Shown here: positions 16,043-24,876 of the stretch, one piece after another
How the letters are laid out: each line of letters begins with the position of its first letter
Position numbering within the stretch: position 1 is the first letter of the stretch
Virus record (IMG/VR): IMGVR_UViG_3300016722_000154
Location: 1 to 25,385 of that record
Direction: 5' to 3' (one strand)
Length of the DNA: 25,385 nucleotides
From: a virus
Lineage: Duplodnaviria; Caudoviricetes
Program-made: the position numbers and the translations under genes
Notes under the pieces: generated by a model
What the model was told of the DNA's origin: nothing
The model's input: only the letters and a program-made list of their open reading frames with translations
The model's database searches: none

Positions 16043-17019
16043 TGTTTACATACGCCGAACCCTGTGCACGTATTAGAATTGGTAGTGATACTGAATTCTT
16101 AGAATTCAACTCCGTCAACAAAATTGTGATTGATGAGAGTGTGAAGGAGCTTGGCAATAAAGCAACCATTACCCTGCCAAAAAATTACGAAAAACTGGAG
16201 GGTAAAAGCCTGCTTGATTTACTAAAAACAGGCGATAAGGTAAAAATATGGTTAGGGTATGATGGACAGCTAAATCAGGAATTTTCCGGCTACCTGCAGG
16301 AGATCGAAAGCGAAGCGCCGCTTGTACTTCATGCTGATGATGAATTCTATCCGATGAAGCGTAACAATTTTACAAAGGCGTGGAAGTCAATTACCCTTAA
16401 GGATTTGTTAAAATATATCGCTCCTGATTTTAAAATCAGTTGTCCTGATGTAAACTTAGGCTCTTTTCAGATTTCTGGCGCATCTACTTATAAAGTTTTA
16501 CTTGCTATACAGGAACAATATGGCTTTTATACAAGTCTCCGCTCTGGGGTACTTACTTGTTTGTGGCCCTTTAAAATTGGAATGTCGGAAACGATTCACA
16601 CATATACTTTTTTCACACAAACTGTGAAAAAAAGTAATTTAAAATATCATCGTGTTGAAGATGTAAAGGTGCATGTGCGCGCAACCTCGAGTCTCAGAAC
16701 CGGCAAAAAGTCCATTAAATATGAAACCGGAAACAGGGAGCACGAATCAAGCCTTTATGAGATAAAGATTCCGGGCGCCACCATGGCAGAACTTAAAAAG
16801 TTTGCTGATGCTAAGTATAACCAGCTATGTTTTGATGGTTATTCCGGCTCAATTACAGGTTTTGGGATTCCATGTACACATGCAGGAGATACTTTAAAAC
16901 TGGTAAACTCGGAAGAAAAAGACAAGGAGGGTAATTATCTGATTGAATCTGTAAAAATCACCTACGATGTTAACTCGCCTATTTTTGATCGTGAGAACTT
17001 TTTAAGCTTCAAAGTATGA
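16042..17019 (+). CDS. baseplate hub / late control D-like protein
   Basis: 'ATITLPK', 'GDKVKIWLGYDG...EFSGY', 'GYSGSITGFGIP', 'GNYLIESV'. Confidence 0.8.
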   Translation: MFTYAEPCARIRIGSDTEFLEFNSVNKIVIDESVKELGNKATITLPKNYEKLEGKSLLDLLKTGDKVKIWLGYDGQLNQEFSGYLQEIESEAPLVLHADDEFYPMKRNNFTKAWKSITLKDLLKYIAPDFKISCPDVNLGSFQISGASTYKVLLAIQEQYGFYTSLRSGVLTCLWPFKIGMSETIHTYTFFTQTVKKSNLKYHRVEDVKVHVRATSSLRTGKKSIKYETGNREHESSLYEIKIPGATMAELKKFADAKYNQLCFDGYSGSITGFGIPCTHAGDTLKLVNSEEKDKEGNYLIESVKITYDVNSPIFDRENFLSFKV

Positions 17020-17585
17020 GTGGAGAATCAATGGCCGCATTAGCGCAAAAGGCGATAGAAAAAGTAAAAAAAGGCAAAAATCTTCCTGTTATAAGTGAAG
17101 GTGTTGTTACTTCCGTTGACCGCGACACTCGAACCTGTGAAGTTGAACGAGAGGGCGCTCCACAGCTTTATGATGTACGCCTGAACGCCTTCCTGGAATC
17201 AGGAAACGATGTAATAACGGTATATCCCAAAAAAGGGAGCAAGGTGTTGTGTACAACGATAGAGGGTGATCAGGCAGATGCCTATATTTTAGATTGCACA
17301 GACATTGAAGAAATATCCGGGCAAATTGGAGATGTAAAAATAAAGATGACCACTGACGGAATTGTCTTTAATGAAGGTAAAATAGGTGGGATGGTAAAGG
17401 CTAATGAGTTAAAAACTCAGCTTGACAAGCTGACTAAGCGTGTAGATGATCTCATCAATGCTTTGAAGTCAACAACTCCTGATAGCGCAGGTGGAACATT
17501 TAAAGCGAGCTTAACACCTTTACTGTCGTTAATTATCAATAAAGAAGATTTTTCAAAAATCGAAAACGATAAAGTAAAACATTGA
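17016..17585 (+). CDS. baseplate spike / gpV-like protein
   Basis: OB-fold-like N-terminus 'GVVTSVD..TCEV...DVRL...PKKGSKV'; ends 'KVKH'. Confidence 0.7.
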   Translation: MSGESMAALAQKAIEKVKKGKNLPVISEGVVTSVDRDTRTCEVEREGAPQLYDVRLNAFLESGNDVITVYPKKGSKVLCTTIEGDQADAYILDCTDIEEISGQIGDVKIKMTTDGIVFNEGKIGGMVKANELKTQLDKLTKRVDDLINALKSTTPDSAGGTFKASLTPLLSLIINKEDFSKIENDKVKH

Positions 17586-17586
17586 T

Positions 17587-17901
17587 ATGGCTACAGAACT
17601 AAGAACCGATATAATGCTTGATGATGACGGCGATTTGGCTGTTTCGGCTGATGGTGATTTTGTAGTCGGAAATAGTGACGAGCAGAATGTAGAGCTTTTA
17701 TTAGTCGCTACCCCGGGGCAATTTAAGCAATACCCCGGGATAGGGATAGGATTAGAATATGAGCTAAAAAAACAGGATAACAATGCCGCTTCAATTAAGC
17801 GACGGGCGCAGGTTAATCTGACGGCTGACGGGTATAAACTTAAAGATATCTCACTTGATAAGACAGGTAATTTTAATATCGACTTTGACATAAACTATTA
17901 A
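17587..17901 (+). CDS. baseplate wedge protein (gp25/gp46-like)
   Basis: 'DGDFVVGNSDEQNVELLL...PGQFKQYP.IGIGL'; 104 aa. Confidence 0.65.
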   Translation: MATELRTDIMLDDDGDLAVSADGDFVVGNSDEQNVELLLVATPGQFKQYPGIGIGLEYELKKQDNNAASIKRRAQVNLTADGYKLKDISLDKTGNFNIDFDINY

Positions 17902-17903
17902 CA

Positions 17904-18095
17904 ATGAAAGAAAACCTTTTATCAATAATGTGCGGCTGGATAGTGTCTGTTTTCGGCATGATCACCGGAATGATATGCTTTAATACGCTGCTTGAGGTAG
18001 TTGTTTACGGAGCCGCCGGAGGAGCAGCGGGGTATATGGGTAAAATCATTATTTCTTCCATTCACAGAAAAATTAAAAAATTATGCTCAAAATAA
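17904..18095 (+). CDS. small two-TM protein, holin candidate
   Basis: Two hydrophobic segments, basic C-terminus, immediately upstream of the endolysin. Confidence 0.5.
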   Translation: MKENLLSIMCGWIVSVFGMITGMICFNTLLEVVVYGAAGGAAGYMGKIIISSIHRKIKKLCSK

Positions 18096-18547
18096 GCGAC
18101 CATATCACTTACGCTGAGGCTACGAAAAGCCAAACTGCGGTAAGGTACAACCTTAAAAATATTCCCAATCAGGAACAGCTCGCAAATATGGAATTAACGG
18201 CTGAAAAGATATTTGAGCCGGTAAGGGAGCATTTTGATGTTCCTATCGCTGCCACTTCCTTTTTTCGCGCACCAGCTGTAAATGCCGCCGCCGGTGGCGC
18301 AAGAAACTCGCAGCATAGTACCGGCCAGGCTATGGATATCGATGCTGACGTATACGGAAAAATAACAAATAAACAGGTTTTTGACTATATACGCGAAAAC
18401 CTCGAATTCGACCAACTTATATGGGAGTTTGGTGATGATAAAAACCCGGCATGGGTTCATGCAAGTTTCAGCAAAACTGGCAATCGTAGGCAGGTTTTAA
18501 AATCGTTGAAACAAAATTATAAAACCATTTATATTTCATTTAAATGA
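18083..18547 (+). CDS. endolysin, peptidase M15 family Zn metallopeptidase
   Basis: 'SFFR...VN.AAGGA.NSQH..GQAMD', 'FDQLIWE', 'WVHAS'. Confidence 0.9.
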   Translation: MLKISDHITYAEATKSQTAVRYNLKNIPNQEQLANMELTAEKIFEPVREHFDVPIAATSFFRAPAVNAAAGGARNSQHSTGQAMDIDADVYGKITNKQVFDYIRENLEFDQLIWEFGDDKNPAWVHASFSKTGNRRQVLKSLKQNYKTIYISFK

Positions 18548-18756
18548 AAGATTTTTTAAAAAAACTGGTAAGTGTATCCGACGAGGTTAGCCACAAGCGG
18601 GTGATCTCTGTCGCTTCTTTTTTAGTGTTAGTCGGAATGGTAATTGCAAAATTCTTCAATTTACCGCTTGACAACACTTTAATATATGTTTTTGCCAGCC
18701 TGGCCGGCGGTGAAAGTGTGTTAACTGTAATTGACAATTTAAAGGGAAAATCATGA
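18544..18756 (+). CDS. small membrane protein, second holin candidate
   Basis: 'SHKRVI' followed by TM segments; ATGA overlaps on both sides within the lysis cassette. Confidence 0.55.
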   Translation: MKDFLKKLVSVSDEVSHKRVISVASFLVLVGMVIAKFFNLPLDNTLIYVFASLAGGESVLTVIDNLKGKS

Positions 18757-19298
18757 AAAACCTTATAAAAATACTTACAATAATTATTCTGTTTTCTGCC
18801 TGCTCAACTACAAAACAGGTAAACAGACAGATAACAAAAGAAGAAAAACGGCTTACTACCGACTCCACTGCTGTGAGTAAGAAACAAACATTTGAGTCTA
18901 CTCAAAAGACAGATAGCTCAACTATAACAATAACTGAGCATATCGAAACCAACTACTATCAAATTCCTGACACCGGGAAAACGATACCGGTATCTCAAAA
19001 ACAAGTTCCTGATGTCAATAAAATGATACCAGTATCTCAAAAAATAGACAGAAAAATAGTTGAGAAAAAAGCTATTAAGGAACAGTCTACTAAAACCGAG
19101 ACAGAAAACAGTAATGTTAATTTAAATAAAAAAGCTACTGATAATCAAAATAAAAAAGAAGTTACAAAGGATGTCAAGCGACCGTTTGTGCCCTGGTGGG
19201 TGTATGTAATACTTATTGTTATTGCCGCCGCTTTATTGTATATCTATAAAAACAAAATAGTATTTATTATCAGAGAATTAATCTGGCTGTTAAAATAA
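18753..19298 (+). CDS. putative unimolecular spanin
   Basis: N-terminal lipoprotein signal (lipobox LFSA-C) plus C-terminal TM 'WWVYVILIVIAAALLYIY'; follows endolysin/holin. Confidence 0.7.
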   Translation: MKNLIKILTIIILFSACSTTKQVNRQITKEEKRLTTDSTAVSKKQTFESTQKTDSSTITITEHIETNYYQIPDTGKTIPVSQKQVPDVNKMIPVSQKIDRKIVEKKAIKEQSTKTETENSNVNLNKKATDNQNKKEVTKDVKRPFVPWWVYVILIVIAAALLYIYKNKIVFIIRELIWLLK

Positions 19299-19756
19299 TG
19301 CAAGTAAAAAACATACATATCACCCCTGGTCAAAACCTTTTCGACATCGCCATACGAGAGTACGGCAGCGTTGAAGGGGTATTTTTAGTCATGCTCGCCA
19401 ATACTGACAAAATCCAGAGTATTACTGATGATCTGGTGCCGGGGCAGTCATTAACCATCTGGCCGCTGAAGATCGTACAAGACGTCGTAGCTCAAGAGGA
19501 ATCTTTGTCCAGCTACTTGCCTGTTTTAATGCAGTGGGCTGCCGCGATCGGTAGTCAGGCTGGCAGTGGAACCGGCAGCGGTAGCAACCTGAACGACGCG
19601 GATTATGTCCACGTTAGAGGTGATGAAATAATAGCAGGTATTAAAACCTACCTGCAGGAATTAAAAGTAAACCAGCTCGAAGAGGCTGGCACGGAAGGAA
19701 TCAACATTGAAGGCGTCAATATTGATGATGGTGTCATCGACCTTGGAACCTTCTGA
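19298..19756 (+). CDS. LysM-like / tail X-like baseplate protein with C-terminal extension
   Basis: 'GQNLFDIAIREYGSVEGVF...N...ITDDLVPGQSL'; ends 'IDLGTF'. Confidence 0.7.
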   Translation: MQVKNIHITPGQNLFDIAIREYGSVEGVFLVMLANTDKIQSITDDLVPGQSLTIWPLKIVQDVVAQEESLSSYLPVLMQWAAAIGSQAGSGTGSGSNLNDADYVHVRGDEIIAGIKTYLQELKVNQLEEAGTEGINIEGVNIDDGVIDLGTF

Positions 19757-19799
19757 TTTTAAAATATAAACCAAAAATAACAAACCAAAAAACTTTGAA

Positions 19800-20843
19800 A
19801 TGGCAACAATAAAAATTAAGCGCGGCCTTGCCGCAAACCTTCCCTCAACGGGATTAAACCCTGGCGAATTTTTGTTCGCTACGGATACCGGCGATTTGTA
19901 CATCTGTCAAACCGCGACAACAAAAATCCTCTTAGGTAAATACAGCGACCTGAGTAATTACCTGCTGAAAAGCGACAATCTTGCGGGGTTAAGCGATAAA
20001 GCGGCTGCACGGACAAACCTTTCAGTTTACAGCAAGGTTGAAGTTGACCAGTTGATCGCCGGACTGCGATGGAAAGACCCGGTAAAAGCTGTAGCAACTG
20101 CAAACATCACCCTTTCGGCAGCGCAGACAGTAGATGGTGTCGCTTTAGTTGTCGGAGATCGCGTATTGGTAGTTGGACAAACAGACGCCAAAACAAATGG
20201 TATCTACGTCGTAGCTGCCGGCGCCTGGGCTCGTTCCGCGGATGCCGACAGTGCAGCTGAACTCCTGAACGCAGCTTGTTTTGTATCGGGTGGCACCGCT
20301 AAAGGCGATACCGCCTGGGTGTGTACTACTGATAGCATCGCGCTTGGAACATCTAACTTAACATTTGTTCAATTTGCTGGTACCAGTACTTATATTGCCG
20401 GATTCGGAATTGATGTAAATGGCAATCAATTCGATCTTAACCTGGAGGATTTGACGGCAGGTACCAGCTTTGACACTGGAGATTCTTTAGTTTTTATCGA
20501 TTCGTCTGCGACAGGCACGGCTCGTATGAAGTTAATTACAAAAGCTAACTTCCTTTCCACTGTAGGTATAGTGTCAGATACATATAAAGTCAAAGCGTTT
20601 GGCACAGACGTGGAAGGTTGGCTTGCTGATAAAATTATAGTTAATACCGCTAAAACGGGGTTGACTATAAGCGGGTCAGCATCTCAGATATTAATCGGAC
20701 TTGACTTATCTTTACTTAGCACGGTTACAACTTTTGATCCTGTGAACGACTTTTTAATCGCATCTTCCTCCGCTGGCGCAAACGAAAAGATTAATATAAA
20801 CAATGCGCTTGCAGGAGCCACAGTAGACGGAGGAACTTTTTAA
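19800..20843 (+). CDS. tail fibre / appendage protein
   Basis: N-terminal 'IKIKRG...LP...L.PGE..FATDTG.LY'; 'WKDPVKAVATANITLS...DGV....GDRVLV..QT....NGIY'; ends 'VDGGTF'. Confidence 0.7.
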   Translation: MATIKIKRGLAANLPSTGLNPGEFLFATDTGDLYICQTATTKILLGKYSDLSNYLLKSDNLAGLSDKAAARTNLSVYSKVEVDQLIAGLRWKDPVKAVATANITLSAAQTVDGVALVVGDRVLVVGQTDAKTNGIYVVAAGAWARSADADSAAELLNAACFVSGGTAKGDTAWVCTTDSIALGTSNLTFVQFAGTSTYIAGFGIDVNGNQFDLNLEDLTAGTSFDTGDSLVFIDSSATGTARMKLITKANFLSTVGIVSDTYKVKAFGTDVEGWLADKIIVNTAKTGLTISGSASQILIGLDLSLLSTVTTFDPVNDFLIASSSAGANEKININNALAGATVDGGTF

Positions 20844-20855
20844 TTTTCATCTTAA

Positions 20856-21653
20856 ATGACTTTAATAAGGCATAAAATATCGACCACAGACGGCCACTTT
20901 CCCACTGCCGCGCAGTTGCAGCCGGGAGAATTGGCTGTTAATGTTTGTAATGGATTTATTTTCTTGAAAAAGGTTGTTGGTACCACTGAAAGTATAGTGA
21001 TTTTTAAAGACTTTGAATCAATGTACACAGAAATCAACTCGATTCTTTGGCCAGCCTTTACTTATCAAACCCTTCCAGATACATCAACAGGAACAGTTGT
21101 ATGCGCTTGTGCTAATAGTCAGCTTCCTCAATTCTTTATTGCTTTATCCACTACATACTCAACGTTGCAAATTACACAAATAAATGAAGGTGCTGGCACT
21201 ACTGGTTTGTTATTTATTGATCCGTCTGCCTATAAGCTACGTCCCCCTATCGACATGTCAGGATATTTATTGATGTCTGATGATGTTTGGGTTTGGGATA
21301 ATTGGAATTATACAGCAAAATCTGTTGTTGAATACACAACTGGCCCGCCGGCGTTCGCCACCTTCACTTGCACACATCACGGCTATGTGACAGGAAGTTA
21401 TGTTAAAATAACGGGGTATTCAGGAAATAAGAGTTCGTATAACGGCGTACATAAGTTAACATCTGTCGATTTGAACACATTCCGTATTGATGTGGCTTAT
21501 CAGGTAAGTGGAACGGCCAGTTCTCCTACCGCTATCGCTCAGGAGAAAATTTTTGCCATTAGCAACTCTTACACGTATATATACGAATTTTATTATAGTA
21601 TTGAAACGGGAGATTTGTATATCACTTTTAAAAATAAGGTAAAAAGATACTAA
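20856..21653 (+). CDS. tail fibre / appendage tip protein
   Basis: Same N-terminal module ('PTAAQLQPGELAVN..NG.IF'); beta-rich C-terminus 'HGYVTGSYVKITG....YNG.H.LT'. Confidence 0.6.
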   Translation: MTLIRHKISTTDGHFPTAAQLQPGELAVNVCNGFIFLKKVVGTTESIVIFKDFESMYTEINSILWPAFTYQTLPDTSTGTVVCACANSQLPQFFIALSTTYSTLQITQINEGAGTTGLLFIDPSAYKLRPPIDMSGYLLMSDDVWVWDNWNYTAKSVVEYTTGPPAFATFTCTHHGYVTGSYVKITGYSGNKSSYNGVHKLTSVDLNTFRIDVAYQVSGTASSPTAIAQEKIFAISNSYTYIYEFYYSIETGDLYITFKNKVKRY

Positions 21654-22490
21654 ATGGCCAGGAGTGTAAATACTATATTTAACAGCATTTTAGCCGCGAA
21701 AGAGGCAAACGCAGACTTAGCTGTAATAAACACAAGCAGCAAAACGTCGATTTACCGACTGTGGGCGTGGATTACGGCAACTGCTATGTTTACCGTTGAG
21801 ACTTTTTTCGATCTACTACCTGCCGAACTTAAAGGTATTTTGGCATCACAAAAATCAGCAAGGTTACTGTGGTATAGATGGATTGCTATGCAATTTCAAT
21901 TTGGAGATGCATTACAGGTGTCTGATTACGGAGCCGTTTCTTATAGTAATATTGATACAACCAAGCAAATTATTAAGCAGTGTAATGCTGTCGAAAGTGG
22001 AGATGGTATTATTTTAAAAATCGCAACTATTGACACAAATAATGCATTGTGTCCTCTTTCTACGGAGCAACTTAACGCCTTTTCTGTATATATTGCTAAA
22101 GTAAAGATTGCCGGAACTCACGTTTTTATCCGTAACCGCCAGGCGGATAAAATAAAAATCGCCGGCATTGTATATTTTAATCCATTAATCATGCGTCCAG
22201 ACGGAACGTTGATTAGTGATAATAGCCGACCTGTTGATAATGTAAGCACTGATTTTTTACGTAATTTATTATTTGATGGATTATTACGCCGTACAGACAT
22301 TATTTCGACCGTTAAAACGGCAACCGGGGTAGTTGATTTTAAACTAATTGATTTACAATGTTGTACTAATGATTCTGGCGAATATAATGAGATAGATGTA
22401 AGTTATTTACCAGAATCTGGTTATTTTAAAATTGATGATTTGTTTCCATTAGCAACAACTATTACATATCAAAGCGATGTATCTTATTAA
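21654..22490 (+). CDS. baseplate J-like protein
   Basis: 'MARSVNTI', 'SKTSIYRLW', 'WYR..A.QFQFG', 'KIAGT', 'PESGYF' typical of Bacteroidota prophage baseplate proteins. Confidence 0.7.
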   Translation: MARSVNTIFNSILAAKEANADLAVINTSSKTSIYRLWAWITATAMFTVETFFDLLPAELKGILASQKSARLLWYRWIAMQFQFGDALQVSDYGAVSYSNIDTTKQIIKQCNAVESGDGIILKIATIDTNNALCPLSTEQLNAFSVYIAKVKIAGTHVFIRNRQADKIKIAGIVYFNPLIMRPDGTLISDNSRPVDNVSTDFLRNLLFDGLLRRTDIISTVKTATGVVDFKLIDLQCCTNDSGEYNEIDVSYLPESGYFKIDDLFPLATTITYQSDVSY

Positions 22491-22986
22491 TTTTTCCAAA
22501 CTGGTAAATAATCTCCTTCCCGCTATTCTGCGTAAAAAAAGAATGAGGGCATGGATTGAATGCCTTGTTTATCCATTACAAGACTTACATAATAGCTTCG
22601 TAAAATTAAGGGAAGAATTGATATTAGAGGCAACGGCTACTCCACAGGTAGCATCACTTGAATTTATAATTAACAAAATACTATTTAATGGTAGAAACGA
22701 TTGTTTTATTAGCGATAATGATCATGCTGCCCGTATATTAATATATAATCGCAATGAAGAAAAACGACCTACTGTATTAATATATAATCGCAGCGAGGGA
22801 ATCGCTCCCGTTCCTCCTATATGTATATTTAATCGTAACGAACCACGTGAGCATGATTTTAATATTCATGTTCCAGGCCCACTTTCTTCAGATAAGCGAG
22901 ATCAGATAATTAAACTTGCCAATAAATATCGTGCAGCGGGCTTTTTTTTCAAAATACTTGAATATGAACCAACAAAAACAGAATAA
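22477..22986 (+). CDS. baseplate wedge / P2 gpI-like protein
   Basis: 'LLPAILRK', 'QV.SLE..IN', 'DF.IHVP', 'KYRAAG'; between J-like and fibre genes. Confidence 0.6.
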   Translation: MYLINFSKLVNNLLPAILRKKRMRAWIECLVYPLQDLHNSFVKLREELILEATATPQVASLEFIINKILFNGRNDCFISDNDHAARILIYNRNEEKRPTVLIYNRSEGIAPVPPICIFNRNEPREHDFNIHVPGPLSSDKRDQIIKLANKYRAAGFFFKILEYEPTKTE

Positions 22987-22988
22987 AA

Positions 22989-23849
22989 ATGAATAGGCTA
23001 TTAACCGAATATACCGAAGGATATTATCTATACATCACCGACTTGAGGTGGATGGATAATGCTTATCGTCTCGCTTTTACGGATATATTGAAAGGAATCT
23101 CTGCAAATACTAATTTTCAGGATTTTATTATATATGGCTGTGAGCTAACCTATCATAATACACAGACTCCATATTATTCCGTTAACGAGGGTGCTATTTT
23201 TCATTCAGGAGAGATTTTTCATGTTTATCCACACAACTTCATTGACCTTGTGAATCAAGAGCCATATGTTGTTTTTCCTGCTAATCTTTTCGATCCGGAA
23301 GGAAGTGCTTTAATGGGTAATGGGCTTACTAAAGACTTGTATCAAATTCGTAAAGCAATCTTTATTGAATCCATCACGCCTCCTACCGATGAAAATATTA
23401 ACTATGAGGATTTGGTCACGCTTCAGTATATTCTCAACCAACACACACACTCACAGTATGCTCTTAAAGCGCAGGAGTTGTGGCATAATGTCGGAGAAGC
23501 CGGGGTCTTATTTGAAGCCAGATGGTCTAATGTTTCATCTTTGTATAATCCATTATCTTTTATGAAAGATAATTTGGGGTTTATTCACTTAAGAGGTGCT
23601 GTTGCGGCTTCAGCATATGAATTAGATCAATACAATCTTATAGCAACATTACCCGCCGGATATAGGCCGTCAAAAAAGGAACATAGAGTTGTGTACGCTT
23701 CTAATGTACGAGATGAGCAATCTGTTAATAGAATAGAAGAACCACATATTGTATTAATACTGCCAGATGGAGGAATTTGGTTTCATCATAATTCAGCTAA
23801 GATAGATGTTCCTGAAAATATTGACCTTGGGCATATAATATTCACATAA
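22989..23849 (+). CDS. tail fibre / receptor-binding protein
   Basis: N-terminal 'IIYGCE...GAIF..GEIF' anchor; C-terminal 'G.IHLRG...IATLPAGYRP' fibre-tip pattern. Confidence 0.7.
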   Translation: MNRLLTEYTEGYYLYITDLRWMDNAYRLAFTDILKGISANTNFQDFIIYGCELTYHNTQTPYYSVNEGAIFHSGEIFHVYPHNFIDLVNQEPYVVFPANLFDPEGSALMGNGLTKDLYQIRKAIFIESITPPTDENINYEDLVTLQYILNQHTHSQYALKAQELWHNVGEAGVLFEARWSNVSSLYNPLSFMKDNLGFIHLRGAVAASAYELDQYNLIATLPAGYRPSKKEHRVVYASNVRDEQSVNRIEEPHIVLILPDGGIWFHHNSAKIDVPENIDLGHIIFT

Positions 23850-23862
23850 GGCTGTTAAGATA

Positions 23863-23980
23863 CCCCGCCGCTATGTAGCAGGTCTCAAGCTGCTACATAG
23901 TAAAGGTGCACGAACACCACGACGAAGGCATAAGCCTTTTCCGGTGTTCGTGCACCTTTTTTTATTACTAAAATTGAGAC
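23863..23980. ncRNA. structured RNA element upstream of the methylase (two hairpins plus potential pseudoknot)
   Basis: 11-bp stem 23871-23881/23890-23900; 17-bp stem 23902-23918/23943-23959 plus T-run; loop GTCTCAA (23882-23888) complementary to TTGAGAC (23974-23980). Confidence 0.6.
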
Positions 23981-23983
23981 TCG

Positions 23984-23991
23984 CAAAAATA
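23984..23991 (-). promoter_or_regulatory. Bacteroidota -7 box pointing leftward into the structured element
   Basis: Minus strand TATTTTTG(C) = TAnnTTTG; TTG about 21 nt upstream (24015-24013). Confidence 0.5.
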
Positions 23992-23999
23992 ACAATTAA

Positions 24000-24806
24000 A
24001 TGAAAACAGAAACAATAAAAATGAAGACGCCTATCAGTTATTATGGTGGCAAGCAAACTTTATGCAGCCGTATAGCTGCTTTAATTCCAGAACACAGTCT
24101 TTACTGTGAACCCTTTTTCGGCGGCGGCGCTGTGTTTTTTGTCAAGCCTAAAGAGGTTAGTAAAGTAGAAGTGATTAACGATACCAATAAGGAGTTGATT
24201 AACTTCTATAAAGTAGTTCAGAATGATTTTATAAGCCTTGAAAAAGAGGTGAGGATAACGCTTCACTCAAGAGATTTACACCGTAAAGCAAGCGTGATTT
24301 ATAACAATCCGGACATGTTCAGCGAAGTAAAAAGAGCTTGGGCGGTGTGGGTATTAGCCACCCAAAGCTTCGCTTCGATAGTTGATGGCTCCTGGGGTTA
24401 TGATATCAACACCCGGTGCACCTCAAAGAAGATTATGAATAAGAGGGATAGTTTTACCGAAGAGTACGCTATACGCCTTCAGGATGTACAAATTGAGTGT
24501 ACAGACGCTATCCGGATTATCACCAGCCGTGATACTGAGCAATCCTTCTTTTACTGCGATCCACCGTATTTTCAGGCCAATATGGGGCACTATGCCGGGT
24601 ACACCTTAAAAGATTTTGAAACGCTATTGCAATGCCTTTTAAATATCAAAGGAAAATTCATCTTATCATCTTATCCATCGCCCATTTTAGAAGAGTATGT
24701 AAAGAAAGGGGATTGGAGCCAAAAAACATTTGAGATGAGCGTGAGTGTTGCTAAGGTAAACCGGCCAAAAAAGACAGAGGTGTTAACCGCAAACTTTTCG
24801 ATTTAA
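24000..24806 (+). CDS. DNA adenine methyltransferase (D12/Dam-like family)
   Basis: 'PISYYGGKQ', motif I 'EPFFGGGAV', 'VINDTN', catalytic 'DPPY'; alternative start 24021. Confidence 0.92.
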   Translation: MKTETIKMKTPISYYGGKQTLCSRIAALIPEHSLYCEPFFGGGAVFFVKPKEVSKVEVINDTNKELINFYKVVQNDFISLEKEVRITLHSRDLHRKASVIYNNPDMFSEVKRAWAVWVLATQSFASIVDGSWGYDINTRCTSKKIMNKRDSFTEEYAIRLQDVQIECTDAIRIITSRDTEQSFFYCDPPYFQANMGHYAGYTLKDFETLLQCLLNIKGKFILSSYPSPILEEYVKKGDWSQKTFEMSVSVAKVNRPKKTEVLTANFSI

Positions 24807-24876
24807 AACGTGCGTGTGCAAAAATATTTATACTTTTGGTTTTAAAAAAGTACTACATTTCGTTTTTGCGATTATA
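24793..24876. repeat. putative right end of the transposable prophage (three transposase-binding-like repeats)
   Basis: ACTTTTCGATTT (24793), ACTTTTGGTTTT (24832), ACATTTCGTTTT (24855), then GATTATA (24870-24876). Confidence 0.6.

Larger units (their letters stand above)
1..24876. mobile_element. Mu-like (transposable) myovirus-type prophage, late region and right end; continues left of the window
   Basis: Complete head/tail/lysis gene set with Mu-type components (DUF935-like portal, MuF, gp36-like, gpG-like), terminal DNA methylase, repeated end motifs at 24793-24876 followed by an unrelated host-like ORF. Confidence 0.9.

Noticed and set aside
13152-22986. Tailocin/eCIS/T6SS interpretation of the contractile tail genes
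   Set aside because: Terminase, portal, protease and capsid genes are present, so this is a phage
19800-23849. Invertible fibre cassette or diversity-generating retroelement
   Set aside because: No invertase or reverse transcriptase, no inverted fibre copies, no TR/VR-like repeat pair seen
23871-24056. 61-aa minus-strand ORF over the structured element (possible leader or toxin peptide)
   Set aside because: Overlaps the methylase start, begins upstream of the candidate antisense promoter, and has no TM or known motif
24811-24820. TGCGTGTGCA as a canonical Mu CA terminus
   Set aside because: Two of the three end repeats lie to its right, so the end is more likely at about 24876
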